64,000 nt of DNA from a virus, in IMG/VR virus record IMGVR_UViG_3300027741_002766, positions 32,001-96,000 of that record. One strand, 5' to 3'. Under the pieces are notes generated by a model. It ran no database searches and was not told the origin of the DNA. It worked only from the letters and a program-made list of their open reading frames with translations. Below are positions 1 to 9,759 of this stretch, one piece after another (the first letter of the stretch is position 1; the number at the start of each line of letters is the position of its first letter). The translations under genes and the position numbers were made by a program.

Positions 1-624
1 TTGTTCTACTTCGTATTCTGGGGGTAACAGTCGTATCAGGCTGGGTCTCTCAAACAAGTCGGTGTCATAGGTGTGATGATATACCGGAGTGATATCAAGG
101 TTTGTCCAAAGCGCATGATCCAACAATCCTGTGTCACGCATTTTTTCTATCATGTATTTTCTGTGTGGCCTTGTGCGCCCATTCAAGAACAAGAATCGGT
201 AGGGCTTGTGTGATTTGCTATAGATTTCATCTGCTCTAACACCCTGTTCTGTGTTGCTTTCATAGCACGTGGCTCTATAAGCATAATGATCATACACCAT
301 GCAGTTGAGTTCAGGTTCCATATCCCCACAGCCAACCAACAGCAATCTCTTTTGTCGAATTAGATCTATCAGTCCTAGGCGTTGACATTGCAGTTTGAGT
401 GTGATTGACCCTTCCGACGGATTGGCCAGCACAGGCAAGCAAGTTTCAGAGATTTGTTTTACACGATCTGCGTGACGATTTACAGTCTGCCTAGCAAGTA
501 CCACAATGTCATTGGGCCTGGATGCGTATTGTTCAAAGTCCCAAAATGTATCATCCACAAGATGTTCGATTTCAGGATAGATTTCGCAAGAAGTATCACA
601 TACAAGTCTGTGACTACCTAGCAT
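1..624 (-). CDS. Hypothetical glycan-modification-cluster protein, truncated by the window edge
   Basis: Hand translation from ATG at 624 (MLGSHRLVCDTSCEIYPE...) stays open to position 1. Contains FLFLNGRTRPHR, similar to SFLSGIPRYHR in 57654..58673. Absent from the ORF track because it has no stop in the window. Confidence 0.75.
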   Translation of the reverse strand, partial: MLGSHRLVCDTSCEIYPEIEHLVDDTFWDFEQYASRPNDIVVLARQTVNRHADRVKQISETCLPVLANPSEGSITLKLQCQRLGLIDLIRQKRLLLVGCGDMEPELNCMVYDHYAYRATCYESNTEQGVRADEIYSKSHKPYRFLFLNGRTRPHRKYMIEKMRDTGLLDHALWTNLDITPVYHHTYDTDLFERPSLIRLLPPEYEVEQ

Positions 625-2026
625 GATATTCACATTCTCGCCACCACGATGCCATTTCTGGAAAGGCCGTCAAGAAATCAGTGCCGCGACGTCGATCGTG
701 TTCTGCAAAAAATCTGTAAAAGTCTGCACGTGCCTGTGAATGATCTTGTGTCTGCGCACTGCGCATCCAGGCAATGTCTCTGTCTAATCTTGCCACTTCG
801 TAGTCCTTGAATCCTTGATGTGGATATCTAGGATCTTCCAGGTGTTCCAACATAAATGCTTTGACTTCTTCCAATTTGGCAGTATAACTCTCGGGCAAGA
901 TTTGTAGACTTTGCCAGGTGGGGGTGCGTAACACAGGAGTATCGAACCATATGCGTTGATAGGTTCTGCTGTGTGTTCGTCTCAAAAACAAGATCCAGCC
1001 CAACAAAGATTTCAATCCTGTTACTGAAAGATTGTTCATGGTAATGATAAATGTGAGACTGTTGTAATTGGGTACTTGGGTCAAATAGCGATTGACATTG
1101 TCAAACATTCGCATGTAGTCAAGTCCATGACGTATGTACTCGGCTTGAGCAGGTATACCTGAATCCACACTTACATACTGCATGAAGTGTTCAATGCGTC
1201 CATCACAGATGTTTTTCACATAGCCAAGATATCGTTTGAACAATTCGGGCTCTACTGAAAAGTTCGATGTCACATTCAAGTGTAGTTTTTTGCTGGGATT
1301 GGCCATGACATAATCAAACACCCTGTATGTGTTTTTATCCATCAACGGTTCGCCACCAGTCATACGGAAGTGTTCCAGTTGAGGATATAACTCAGGCCAC
1401 CATGACCAAAATGCATCTACGTAAGGGTTATGGTCCTTTACCGGAATAGGGCGACGATGTCCGGTAAAGTGACTAGGATCGTTATGAACACGGCTAGTCG
1501 GATAGCCGCCCCATCGATCAACTTCCGCTTGCCAAGTGCTGGAGAACTGCGGACTACAATAACTACAAGCAAGATTGCAAGCGTGATTGAAATTAACTTC
1601 GACGTAACTAGGGACAACATCTTCTTCTCCTGAGGAATTCTTTATAGTTTCAAAATCTACTGCGGCCCAGGGCTCCCCTGAACGATAGTGTCTATCACTG
1701 AGTTTGCCTTGGTCTTCCATATTCCAACAGTAAGAGCATTCTGAGGGACGCTCCTGACGTAACATGATCTTCCTTTGTTGTTTTTTGTAGGGCGTGTTGT
1801 GCAGACTGCTGGGGTTGGCCGCCAGCATCTCTTGAGGAATAGGGTGCAAGGGCGGATGATAACATGAGTTATTGAGCCCGGTGGGCAAGTGCAAACTCAC
1901 CTGTTTCCATTTAGCCAAGCATAATGCCGGCCCTAATTCAGACTGCATGTGTTGGGCACTGCTCAAAAATTTTGATTGCAAGTTGTCATTGACATCGTGT
2001 TGGTTGTTTGTTGTGGTTTTGTCCAT
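614..2026 (-). CDS. Radical SAM protein with N-terminal Cys-rich (twitch/SPASM-like) region
   Basis: CNLACSYC (CxxxCxxC), TGGEP motif, VTSN, SVDS; extra Cys cluster CLAKW...SCYHP...ECSYCW. Confidence 0.9.
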   Translation of the reverse strand: MDKTTTNNQHDVNDNLQSKFLSSAQHMQSELGPALCLAKWKQVSLHLPTGLNNSCYHPPLHPIPQEMLAANPSSLHNTPYKKQQRKIMLRQERPSECSYCWNMEDQGKLSDRHYRSGEPWAAVDFETIKNSSGEEDVVPSYVEVNFNHACNLACSYCSPQFSSTWQAEVDRWGGYPTSRVHNDPSHFTGHRRPIPVKDHNPYVDAFWSWWPELYPQLEHFRMTGGEPLMDKNTYRVFDYVMANPSKKLHLNVTSNFSVEPELFKRYLGYVKNICDGRIEHFMQYVSVDSGIPAQAEYIRHGLDYMRMFDNVNRYLTQVPNYNSLTFIITMNNLSVTGLKSLLGWILFLRRTHSRTYQRIWFDTPVLRTPTWQSLQILPESYTAKLEEVKAFMLEHLEDPRYPHQGFKDYEVARLDRDIAWMRSAQTQDHSQARADFYRFFAEHDRRRGTDFLTAFPEMASWWRECEYHAR

Positions 2027-2028
2027 GT

Positions 2029-2913
2029 CTATAATCTTTTAATCTTTTGATTTTGTGCAAATTTAAATTTATCACCTAATTTGTATTTTTCAAGCCAAAG
2101 CACGGTATACTCAGAAATCACAATTTCTGGGGCAACTTTTTGCAAATACTCCAGGTGTTCAACAGGTGTTGGATGATAATTTCTTTCAATTTCAAAAAAA
2201 TCAAAAGGAAATATCTCTTTGATTTCTTGAAGTATTTTGTCTTTGTGTTTTGTATACCAATTTATATCACATGCTTGTTCAAAAGTTGGCCAATCGGGTC
2301 CGGCACATGATTCATATCTTTTTTTAAATTCTTTGTTCTTGGGCCCAACTAATTTTTTAGAGAAATCACTCTTTCTGCTGGTCCATTCATAATCAAAAAT
2401 AATTTCCAAGTAACTGGGGCATATTTTATCTAGCACATCCGAATACAACTCAATCACATCCGGGTGCTCGGTCTGATTCAGACCGAGCATGTTGAACTCA
2501 ATTGGTACTACAGAGAAAAAGTTATATTTGCATCCAATGTTTTTTAGTATTACATCAGTTGCTTTCATCATTGCCAGATCTCTGATCAAACAGCCGCGTT
2601 CAGTGACAAATTCATTGACCCAGGATTTGGGGTAAATTGTTGAGGTAAAAATATTTCCTGGTCTCAACCACGAATCATTTAGGTAACGATCTTCTCTTGT
2701 GACATTTGCCCAACATATCATCACAGTATCATCTTTGTTGATGTGATTTCTCTGATGGCACTCTATTAGACTGTTGAATATATAATGATTCCCGGTTCCG
2801 GGTTTGCCCCAATTTTCAAAATAGTCATATTCTCGTGCCACAATGTCGGCCCAGGTGGGCCACTGATACTCAGTAAAACTACATCCAAAGGCAAAAAATC
2901 TTTTGTTGTTCAT
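2029..2913 (-). CDS. SGNH/GDSL-like hydrolase or acyltransferase, tandem copy A (294 aa)
   Basis: GCSFT (block I-like), GTGN, C-terminal YHP. Start moved to the ATG at 2913, which makes it exactly the length of the paralog at 2934..3818. Confidence 0.65.
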   Translation of the reverse strand: MNNKRFFAFGCSFTEYQWPTWADIVAREYDYFENWGKPGTGNHYIFNSLIECHQRNHINKDDTVMICWANVTREDRYLNDSWLRPGNIFTSTIYPKSWVNEFVTERGCLIRDLAMMKATDVILKNIGCKYNFFSVVPIEFNMLGLNQTEHPDVIELYSDVLDKICPSYLEIIFDYEWTSRKSDFSKKLVGPKNKEFKKRYESCAGPDWPTFEQACDINWYTKHKDKILQEIKEIFPFDFFEIERNYHPTPVEHLEYLQKVAPEIVISEYTVLWLEKYKLGDKFKFAQNQKIKRL

Positions 2914-2933
2914 ATTGTTCGCTATCATTTGCA

Positions 2934-3818
2934 TTATAATCTTTTGACTTTTTGATTGTGTGCAAACTTAAAATTATCACCTAATTTGTAATCATTGATC
3001 CAGTTCACAGTGTCTCTAGAAATAGAGATTTTGGGTGCAACTTTTTGCAAGTACTCCAGGTGTTCAACAGGTGTTGGATGATAATCTCTTTCAACTTCAA
3101 AAAAATCAAAAGGAAATATCTCTTTGATTTCTCGTATTATACTGTGTTTATGCCCGACATACCAATTTATATCACATGCTTGTTCAAAAGTTGGCCAATC
3201 GGGTCCGGCACATGATTCATATCTTTTTTTCAAGTTCTGGTGTTTGGACTCAATTAGTTTTTTGGAAAAATCACTCTTTCTGCTGCCCCAATTGTAATCA
3301 AAAATAATTTCCAAGTAACTGGGGCATATTTTATCTAGCACATCCGAATACAACTCAATCACATCCGGGTGCTCGGTCTGATTTTTATTGGTCATGTTGA
3401 ACTCAATTGGTACTACAGAGAAAAAGTTATATTTGCATCCAATGTTTTTTAGCAATAGATCAGTTGCTGTCATGAATGCTAAATCTCTGATCAAGCAGCC
3501 ACGGTCAGTGACAAATTCATTGACCCAGGATTTGGGGTAGACTGCTGTGGTAAAGATATTTCCGGCTGCCAACCACGAATCATTTAGGTAACGATCTTCT
3601 CTTGTGACATTTGACCAACATATCATCACAATATCATCTTTGTTGATGTGATTTCTCTGATGGCACTCAATGAGGCTATTGAATATATAATGATTTCCAC
3701 TTCCAGCATTGCCCCAATTTTCAAAATAGTCATACTCTCGTGCCACGATGTCGGCCCAGGTAGGCCACTGGTACTCAGTAAAACTACATCCAAATGCAAA
3801 AAATCTTTTGTTGTTCAT
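2934..3818 (-). CDS. SGNH/GDSL-like hydrolase or acyltransferase, tandem copy B (294 aa)
   Basis: GCSFT, GSGN, DYHP; near-identical to 2029..2913. Confidence 0.65.
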   Translation of the reverse strand: MNNKRFFAFGCSFTEYQWPTWADIVAREYDYFENWGNAGSGNHYIFNSLIECHQRNHINKDDIVMICWSNVTREDRYLNDSWLAAGNIFTTAVYPKSWVNEFVTDRGCLIRDLAFMTATDLLLKNIGCKYNFFSVVPIEFNMTNKNQTEHPDVIELYSDVLDKICPSYLEIIFDYNWGSRKSDFSKKLIESKHQNLKKRYESCAGPDWPTFEQACDINWYVGHKHSIIREIKEIFPFDFFEVERDYHPTPVEHLEYLQKVAPKISISRDTVNWINDYKLGDNFKFAHNQKVKRL

Positions 3819-3821
3819 GAT

Positions 3822-4691
3822 TCATTGATTCTTGTCTATGTCTAGTTCATACTGTGTTAACATATTTTCAACAGTATTTCTATCAAATCCAATCTCATTG
3901 AGAAAATAAATAAATTCAGTCAAATCTTTGCCCAGTCTGCAGACATCCCTATGTATGCCAAACGTTCTCATATTTGGCCAAGTATGGACGTCGGTCAATG
4001 TTGATTTGTCCAAATTTCTTTCAGTATTCCAAAAAGTTACATTGGGCACTGATCGAGATTGCAATTGATTTCCTGCATATTGTGAGAAAATAGAGTATAA
4101 GAAAATTTCACTAGACCACCACTCTTTTTTGTCAAAAAACAAAGCCAGGATGTCATGCTTGACAATTTCTCGAACGATGGCAGTATCAACCATAAACGGG
4201 GTTGACGAATTATATACCTTTTTGGGAATAGGTATGTTATTTGAAATACAAAATTTATCAATCTCAACCCAACCTCTATTATCGTAGTCTTCAACAATGC
4301 CGTTGCCATCTGTTATTGGCCAATCATCCAACAACTGCGGATGCACAAAAAAGTTTTTGCTGTCCAGCATGAGATATTTCTCTGATTGAACTTTGGTGGC
4401 GGCCAACAGTTTCAGCACTGCCGATCGGTGCCAGCCATTTTTTCTACGGGAATCATTTGCATAACAGTCCGGCGGTAACAAAGAGTTGCCTGCTATCAAG
4501 TGCAGCCGATGATGTGTGTAGTAAGGACTCAAGGTATCATACCAGGCCTGTAAACCAAGTTGATTGTCCTCAATGAGGATATAATGATCGCAAGGCGCTG
4601 TCAACATCAAATCTATGCTGTAAGATTGCAACTGTTGTATGCCACGATCTCTTGTGCAGGTCACTGTGACTAAATCTATATTGTTATGCAT
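3822..4691 (-). CDS. Putative GT-A-fold glycosyltransferase-like protein (DUF6492-like)
   Basis: LVTVT..RD start, GW....LKL motif, YLMLDSKNFF (DxD-like position), SEIFLY. Confidence 0.55.
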   Translation of the reverse strand: MHNNIDLVTVTCTRDRGIQQLQSYSIDLMLTAPCDHYILIEDNQLGLQAWYDTLSPYYTHHRLHLIAGNSLLPPDCYANDSRRKNGWHRSAVLKLLAATKVQSEKYLMLDSKNFFVHPQLLDDWPITDGNGIVEDYDNRGWVEIDKFCISNNIPIPKKVYNSSTPFMVDTAIVREIVKHDILALFFDKKEWWSSEIFLYSIFSQYAGNQLQSRSVPNVTFWNTERNLDKSTLTDVHTWPNMRTFGIHRDVCRLGKDLTEFIYFLNEIGFDRNTVENMLTQYELDIDKNQ

Positions 4692-4784
4692 ATAATTTGA
4701 TAGAGGTATTATAATTTTGTTTTATTATTTAAATATGATTATGATCCAATTTGGGTTTCATTGCCTGATTCATATCAGATAATA

Positions 4785-5759
4785 TCAGTCATAAAATACA
4801 TCAAAAGATGTATCTGTCATTTCTATCAGAACATTATAATTGTGTTCTAATATTGGTTTCATGTCATGATACATGGATTCCAACTCCACTGTGGACATTT
4901 TGCTTAGACTATTGATATTTCTTAAAATAGTGTTGATTCCTAATAGACCGCCATCTTCGTCATAACTTTCATCCCACCATTTGTCAAAAGTTTTAAATCC
5001 CAGTCGGTGTAGATTTTTTAAAAAATTCACTGGCCCCTGTATCATAAAAGGTGTTTGGCAGGCAAAAGGTCGCCAGGTTTTTTCGGTTGGATAAAAAGTA
5101 CGTCCTGCAGAATATGTTTCACAAACAATTTCTAAGAAAAATTTAGGATAATGTTTGTTTATTTCAAATTGAAGATCCGCAAAAACCGGCACTGTTGCAA
5201 CTGGTTCAATTTCAATCGGTGAGCAATTTAGCAATTGAACTATAGAGGAGAAATTGCACTGGCCGTTCAACTCGGTACACAATCTATCCATACCCAGATG
5301 CGATCTAAGAAAATCGTTTGTGGGATCGTACAAAAAGGTCTGTAGTGTTTTGTCTCTATATTCAGCAAACATCTCTGCTGAGATCCAAAGGCGTTGCCAA
5401 TTTGATCTTCTTATAAACAGTCCAAAATGTTTTATTTGATCAAAATCTTTTTTTATATAATTATGAGATTTGACAAATTGCTGAATTTGAGACACGTACA
5501 ATGGGGTAAGTTTTGTCACCTGATAGTGAGGATGTTTTTCCAATAGATTTCTTGTTTGTATAGTGACCAACTGTTTGTTTATATTGAATTTGTCGCACAC
5601 ATAATCCAACACCGAGTATAGTCCCAGTTCTGTGGCGTCGGGTCCTTCATCATTTAGATCAATTACAATTTTGCCCTGTGTTTGAAATTCATGTATGATG
5701 TCGGCTATCAAGAACTGTAAATTCCAGATATGTTGATCAATGTTTGGCATGTTAATCAT
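4785..5759 (-). CDS. Hypothetical glycosyltransferase-like protein (E-T...TEKT family)
   Basis: EIVCETY...FYPTEKTWRP...GFKTF..WWDESYD...ILEHN; related to 57654..58673 (GET...SEKTWK...IEHN). Confidence 0.55.
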   Translation of the reverse strand: MINMPNIDQHIWNLQFLIADIIHEFQTQGKIVIDLNDEGPDATELGLYSVLDYVCDKFNINKQLVTIQTRNLLEKHPHYQVTKLTPLYVSQIQQFVKSHNYIKKDFDQIKHFGLFIRRSNWQRLWISAEMFAEYRDKTLQTFLYDPTNDFLRSHLGMDRLCTELNGQCNFSSIVQLLNCSPIEIEPVATVPVFADLQFEINKHYPKFFLEIVCETYSAGRTFYPTEKTWRPFACQTPFMIQGPVNFLKNLHRLGFKTFDKWWDESYDEDGGLLGINTILRNINSLSKMSTVELESMYHDMKPILEHNYNVLIEMTDTSFDVFYD

Positions 5760-6463
5760 AGTAATTGTTTGATCGGTGGCAGTATTAGATCAGCAAATTC
5801 TTGGTAAACCTCTCTACTGGGATGTGTTTTGTCTTCGTCCCAAGAGTTGCGTTTTTCAGCAAGATCCAGTATGTAATGATCGGTATAAGCCCGGCTCCAG
5901 TCCACAAGATTACGTAAATGACTGTAACGATCCAGTATGCGAAATGGGCGACCAAACACAAACAAGTAGGGTATTCTTTTGATTTGCAAAAAACTTTGTA
6001 GACTTATCAATTTCATAGTGGCATGATACATGTGTTCACTGGGCCCAGCATAACGATAAAATCCTCCAAAGGCATCATTGAGTGCAGTGTCTTGGTCGCC
6101 ACAGGTTGATATGCCGCAGCCAAATATCCAGTTGCGTTCAACATAATCTTGATCGTTTATGGGCTCTACAATTTTTTCAGGCCAATCGTTTTGTCGATGT
6201 TGATGTTCACTGGTGAATATAGTTCCAGCAAATTGTGAGATATCTTGAACTTTGTAATCAAAACGTATGAATGGTGTCCATTGTATCAGTACCAAGTCAT
6301 AGTGTCTTTGCGCCAGTTCGGCAATGGTGGTTTCATGTACGTAATTATTGCCTGCACCACTTTGACTTAGATTAACCAAGTTGGCTTGCAATTCAGACTC
6401 AATGAAATAGGGCCATGATCCTGGTCCTCGGCTTAGACTTCCACCATTGGCTAGTATTTTCAT
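5756..6463 (-). CDS. SGNH-like hydrolase or acyltransferase (235 aa)
   Basis: Start at 6463 overlaps the upstream stop (ATGA). MKILANGGSLS (GxS), NLSQSGAGN, DKTHP (DxxH). Confidence 0.65.
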   Translation of the reverse strand: MKILANGGSLSRGPGSWPYFIESELQANLVNLSQSGAGNNYVHETTIAELAQRHYDLVLIQWTPFIRFDYKVQDISQFAGTIFTSEHQHRQNDWPEKIVEPINDQDYVERNWIFGCGISTCGDQDTALNDAFGGFYRYAGPSEHMYHATMKLISLQSFLQIKRIPYLFVFGRPFRILDRYSHLRNLVDWSRAYTDHYILDLAEKRNSWDEDKTHPSREVYQEFADLILPPIKQLL

Positions 6464-7539
6464 TGATAAAATTCCGTTAACATACTGCGTGATATTTTGC
6501 CTGCGCTGTTCACTGGTATTGTATCTACTTGTAAGACCAGTTTGGGACTGCAATGCGAATCGATGTCATTGATGGCTTGTCGCACCTGTTGTTCAGTGGC
6601 TGTGCCAGTGTACACACACATCACGCGATTTTTTCCAAAAACTGCCGCTTGCGCAATGCCTGGCACATTGTTGTACAATTGATTTTCAATACTGAGAGGA
6701 TCTATCTTGTAACCACGAATGTCAATTCTGTCTTTTTGTCGTCCAATGATTTTGTAGTAGCCTGCTGAATCTTGATCAGCAATATCTCCTGTGGCAAACC
6801 AACCGGTTATATGAACACTCGGGCCTTGTATTTCTAGTTCTCCGTTGACAATCCTTGCTTGTATGCCTGACGGCAAGCCCACTGTACCAATTCGCTGTTC
6901 TCCGTGCAATGGATTGGTGAAACAGTGACTACAGGCTTCTGTCATGCCAAATGCTTCAATTACCGGACGTTTGCTCCAGGCTTTTAAATCATTGTACAAT
7001 TGATCTGGTAACGCACTGGATGCTGACCTAACAAAACGCAAGTCAGGAAAATGTTGTCGCATGAACAGTCTTAAAAAATCTGGTATAGCACTAATTATAG
7101 TAGGGCTAAAATCAATCGAACTGCGTAAGTCATGTGGCTTGATATAGGTCACTTCGCATTTGGCTTGTTGTGCGGCCCAGTACATGCCTAAGCCGTGTGC
7201 ATGCCATAGCGGCATGATGCTTAGGTAACGATCATTATGATCAATTTCGTAGGCAGTACAAATTGTTCTAGCCAGTGCATCCAACTGCGTTTGAGAGAAA
7301 CTACAAAACTTACTGTCTCCAGTGGTGCCCGATGTATACCACAGCGCCGAATCTGAATAATCCCCACCCGAGCGTTGTGTTGTACCTGTGTCAGTGACCA
7401 ATAATGAATAATCAGAGTTGTCTAGTAAGTACTTTAATCTGTCTGTAGTTGTAGACGGATTGACAATCATGATACTATAATTTCGATATTGGGGAATATA
7501 CAGTTCAGGATTTTCTACGCATAAAACCACTCTTTTCAT
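6460..7539 (-). CDS. AMP-dependent acyl-CoA/acyl-adenylate ligase (ANL superfamily), compact
   Basis: YTSGTTGDSK loop, EAFGMTEA, GWFATGD, GRQKDRI, PVNSAGKISR. Confidence 0.9.
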   Translation of the reverse strand: MKRVVLCVENPELYIPQYRNYSIMIVNPSTTTDRLKYLLDNSDYSLLVTDTGTTQRSGGDYSDSALWYTSGTTGDSKFCSFSQTQLDALARTICTAYEIDHNDRYLSIMPLWHAHGLGMYWAAQQAKCEVTYIKPHDLRSSIDFSPTIISAIPDFLRLFMRQHFPDLRFVRSASSALPDQLYNDLKAWSKRPVIEAFGMTEACSHCFTNPLHGEQRIGTVGLPSGIQARIVNGELEIQGPSVHITGWFATGDIADQDSAGYYKIIGRQKDRIDIRGYKIDPLSIENQLYNNVPGIAQAAVFGKNRVMCVYTGTATEQQVRQAINDIDSHCSPKLVLQVDTIPVNSAGKISRSMLTEFYQ

Positions 7540-7542
7540 GTG

Positions 7543-7776
7543 TTATTGATCAGTTGCTGTCTTTTCAGAGGTTTTGCCCCACATGATACGATTCCATGCT
7601 CGTTCATGAAAGTAATACATCACACTGTTGACCACAAGAGCAAAACTTACTACACCTAGTCCTACCCATGGATTACCACTGGCGATCCAGCCGCCAAAGA
7701 AATTAGTAATTGTTACTAATATTCTCCAGGTAACTACCTTACCTAAAGATCTTATTGTGTTTTCTAACCAATTCAT
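7543..7776 (-). CDS. Small membrane protein, DUF2061-like
   Basis: RSLGKVVTWR...YYFHERAWNRI.WG pattern with two hydrophobic helices. Confidence 0.75.
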   Translation of the reverse strand: MNWLENTIRSLGKVVTWRILVTITNFFGGWIASGNPWVGLGVVSFALVVNSVMYYFHERAWNRIMWGKTSEKTATDQ

Positions 7777-7777
7777 A

Positions 7778-8704
7778 TTACCATCCTTCTTGTGTTCTAA
7801 TTACATCAATCTCCCGAACCATGACACCTTGATTATGCCAGTTGCTACGATAGTGATGTTTAAAAAATCTGCTGGCTTCGGCTGTGAGCATGTGCATGGG
7901 CAAGTCAAGTTGTATGGCCAGATCATCTGCCAAGCGATTAGCAATAATTTCAGGTTGATCGTTCTCCACTGTCTTGAAAAGTTCAGCCAAGGCCTCAAAG
8001 TTTTGTACCTGTGTGTAATCCCAGTTGGTGAGCATGGTCATGTATGTGCCTTGACGTGCGCCAGCAATGGCCCAGTAGCCATAGTCTACATCACCGCCCA
8101 CATTGTGCCATATGGTCAAGTGATCTAGATTTCTCTGATGTACACGATCACGAAATTCACTTGCAGTGGGCCGTGCTCCGCGATTCAAACACATTTTGAC
8201 ACCTTCGCGGAATCCGGCACGCCAGGCCTGGAATGCTGAACCATTGGGATAGGTTACACTATAACAGTCATGCATGCTCCAGTAAAGCGGATCAAAACAA
8301 AATTCCACTTGTGTTTCTGTTGTGCCATCTGTGTTTTCATGTGTGCGCATGTTCATCACGTGCTCACGAGTCCATGAACTCAAGCCACCATTGCCATACA
8401 TCAATCCGTTGACATGATTACGTGCTCGCCAGCGGAACACAGCCTTTTCATATTCAGGTGTAGAAAGATCAAGCGTTTGGTTAAAAAACGCTGGGTCGGG
8501 GAGATTATCTCCATCCACGAGGATAAATCGCTCGGTGTCAGAAGCCCGGGCTGCGGCTTTATGTGCCGCATCGCTTCCACGTATATTGCTGACCCGTCGG
8601 GCCCAAGGCACCATGTTCTTAATCTTGACCCAAAATTCTTCTTGTTGCGGTTCATCATAACTTAGGTAAATGCAGTCCAAATCTGCTATGTCAATCTTGC
8701 TCAT
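7778..8704 (-). CDS. Glycosyltransferase-like protein (GT-A-type DxD)
   Basis: YLSYDEP, GSDAAHK, FILVDGDN, NGLMYGNGG, QAWRAGFREGVK; start taken at MSKIDI (8704). Confidence 0.6.
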   Translation of the reverse strand: MSKIDIADLDCIYLSYDEPQQEEFWVKIKNMVPWARRVSNIRGSDAAHKAAARASDTERFILVDGDNLPDPAFFNQTLDLSTPEYEKAVFRWRARNHVNGLMYGNGGLSSWTREHVMNMRTHENTDGTTETQVEFCFDPLYWSMHDCYSVTYPNGSAFQAWRAGFREGVKMCLNRGARPTASEFRDRVHQRNLDHLTIWHNVGGDVDYGYWAIAGARQGTYMTMLTNWDYTQVQNFEALAELFKTVENDQPEIIANRLADDLAIQLDLPMHMLTAEASRFFKHHYRSNWHNQGVMVREIDVIRTQEGW

Positions 8705-9032
8705 GTTGTTTTGGTTTCCATCTTTGATGAAGTTCTCCTGGACCAACTACCACAGCCGCATCATTGATGTGGCAAGGTGTTCCTTGATCACTGGGTACCA
8801 GTTTAGGTGGCATGGGTCGGGCACGTGGTTTTAACACACCATCAATCACACGCACCTGCAGGTCCTGTAGTGCAAACTGTTCAGGGGAGACTTCAATATA
8901 CTTACCGGGCTGATCCTCGTGGCTGTAAAACAATGCTCGGCCCAAATCATCATAGTACAGTCTGTAGTAAACGGTCTTCTCTCGGGGCCACTCAATGGCC
9001 TTCCAAAAATCCAAAAACTCTTGTTCATTCAT
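8691..9032 (-). CDS. Hypothetical protein (113 aa)
   Basis: In-operon ORF overlapping both neighbours. Confidence 0.7.
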   Translation of the reverse strand: MNEQEFLDFWKAIEWPREKTVYYRLYYDDLGRALFYSHEDQPGKYIEVSPEQFALQDLQVRVIDGVLKPRARPMPPKLVPSDQGTPCHINDAAVVVGPGELHQRWKPKQHEQD

Positions 9033-9759
9033 GTCGCCAATCCTTCACATGATAGTGTACTGCACCCCATTGGGTCACTGTGTTAAATCTTAGCGGATTG
9101 TTTTCCCACACCAATTCCTGCGTCCAGTTGTATGTTTGAGTTGGGATCATATGGCGTTTCATGTGTACTATTCTTGGATACGTGGCAAATGGCAAGGTAA
9201 CCAGTTCAGGTCCTATGATCTGTGCGGCCATGGCATACACTAGATCGGTAGAAGCCTCTTCATCTGGAAACTTCAACAAGGTTCGGTACTCAGTCCAATT
9301 TTCAAATATATTACGCACCAGTCGAAAGAAGTCTTGTGCTGTTGGGCTCACACGCCAGTATGTGATAGCATTGTACACGTCGGGCAGGTGATTGGCATCG
9401 AACACTTTTCTATAGAACCTACTTTCAGCAGGTTGGTCATAAAAGTCCCTAGCACCTGTGGATATCACAAGGTCTCTGTGTTCGAGCATGGTCCACCAAT
9501 GATCAACGGGACTGGCTATGATCATGTCTGCTTCTAGTTTGATAGTTTGTCTGTAGGGACTGGCCGCAAAGCACTGCCAATCATTAGCAAACCCACCTTG
9601 ATCTCCATTGGGTAACTGTTCCTTGGTTAGTATGGTTATGTTGGCTTCAGGATGATGTTGGCGTATGCTGGCAGCCAACTGATCAGCACAGGACACATAG
9701 TCTGTTGTGTCAGTGTTGACAGCCGGTATGAGGTAACCACGTTCAGCGAGAATTGGCAA
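9025..9759 (-). CDS. Nucleotide-diphospho-sugar transferase-like protein (GT8-like)
   Basis: SPYRQTIKLEADM (DxD equivalent), STDLVYA, VHMK, HYH. Confidence 0.6.
   Translation of the reverse strand: MPILAERGYLIPAVNTDTTDYVSCADQLAASIRQHHPEANITILTKEQLPNGDQGGFANDWQCFAASPYRQTIKLEADMIIASPVDHWWTMLEHRDLVISTGARDFYDQPAESRFYRKVFDANHLPDVYNAITYWRVSPTAQDFFRLVRNIFENWTEYRTLLKFPDEEASTDLVYAMAAQIIGPELVTLPFATYPRIVHMKRHMIPTQTYNWTQELVWENNPLRFNTVTQWGAVHYHVKDWRHE

Larger units (their letters stand above)
2029..3818. repeat. Tandem gene duplication with a 905-bp period
   Basis: The two 885-bp genes are offset by exactly 905 bp and share long identical nucleotide blocks (e.g. about 2389-2478 vs 3294-3383). Confidence 0.95.

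Noticed and set aside
2029-3818. Diversity-generating retroelement TR/VR pair
   Set aside because: Both copies are complete genes, the differences are not limited to adenines, and there is no reverse transcriptase in the window.
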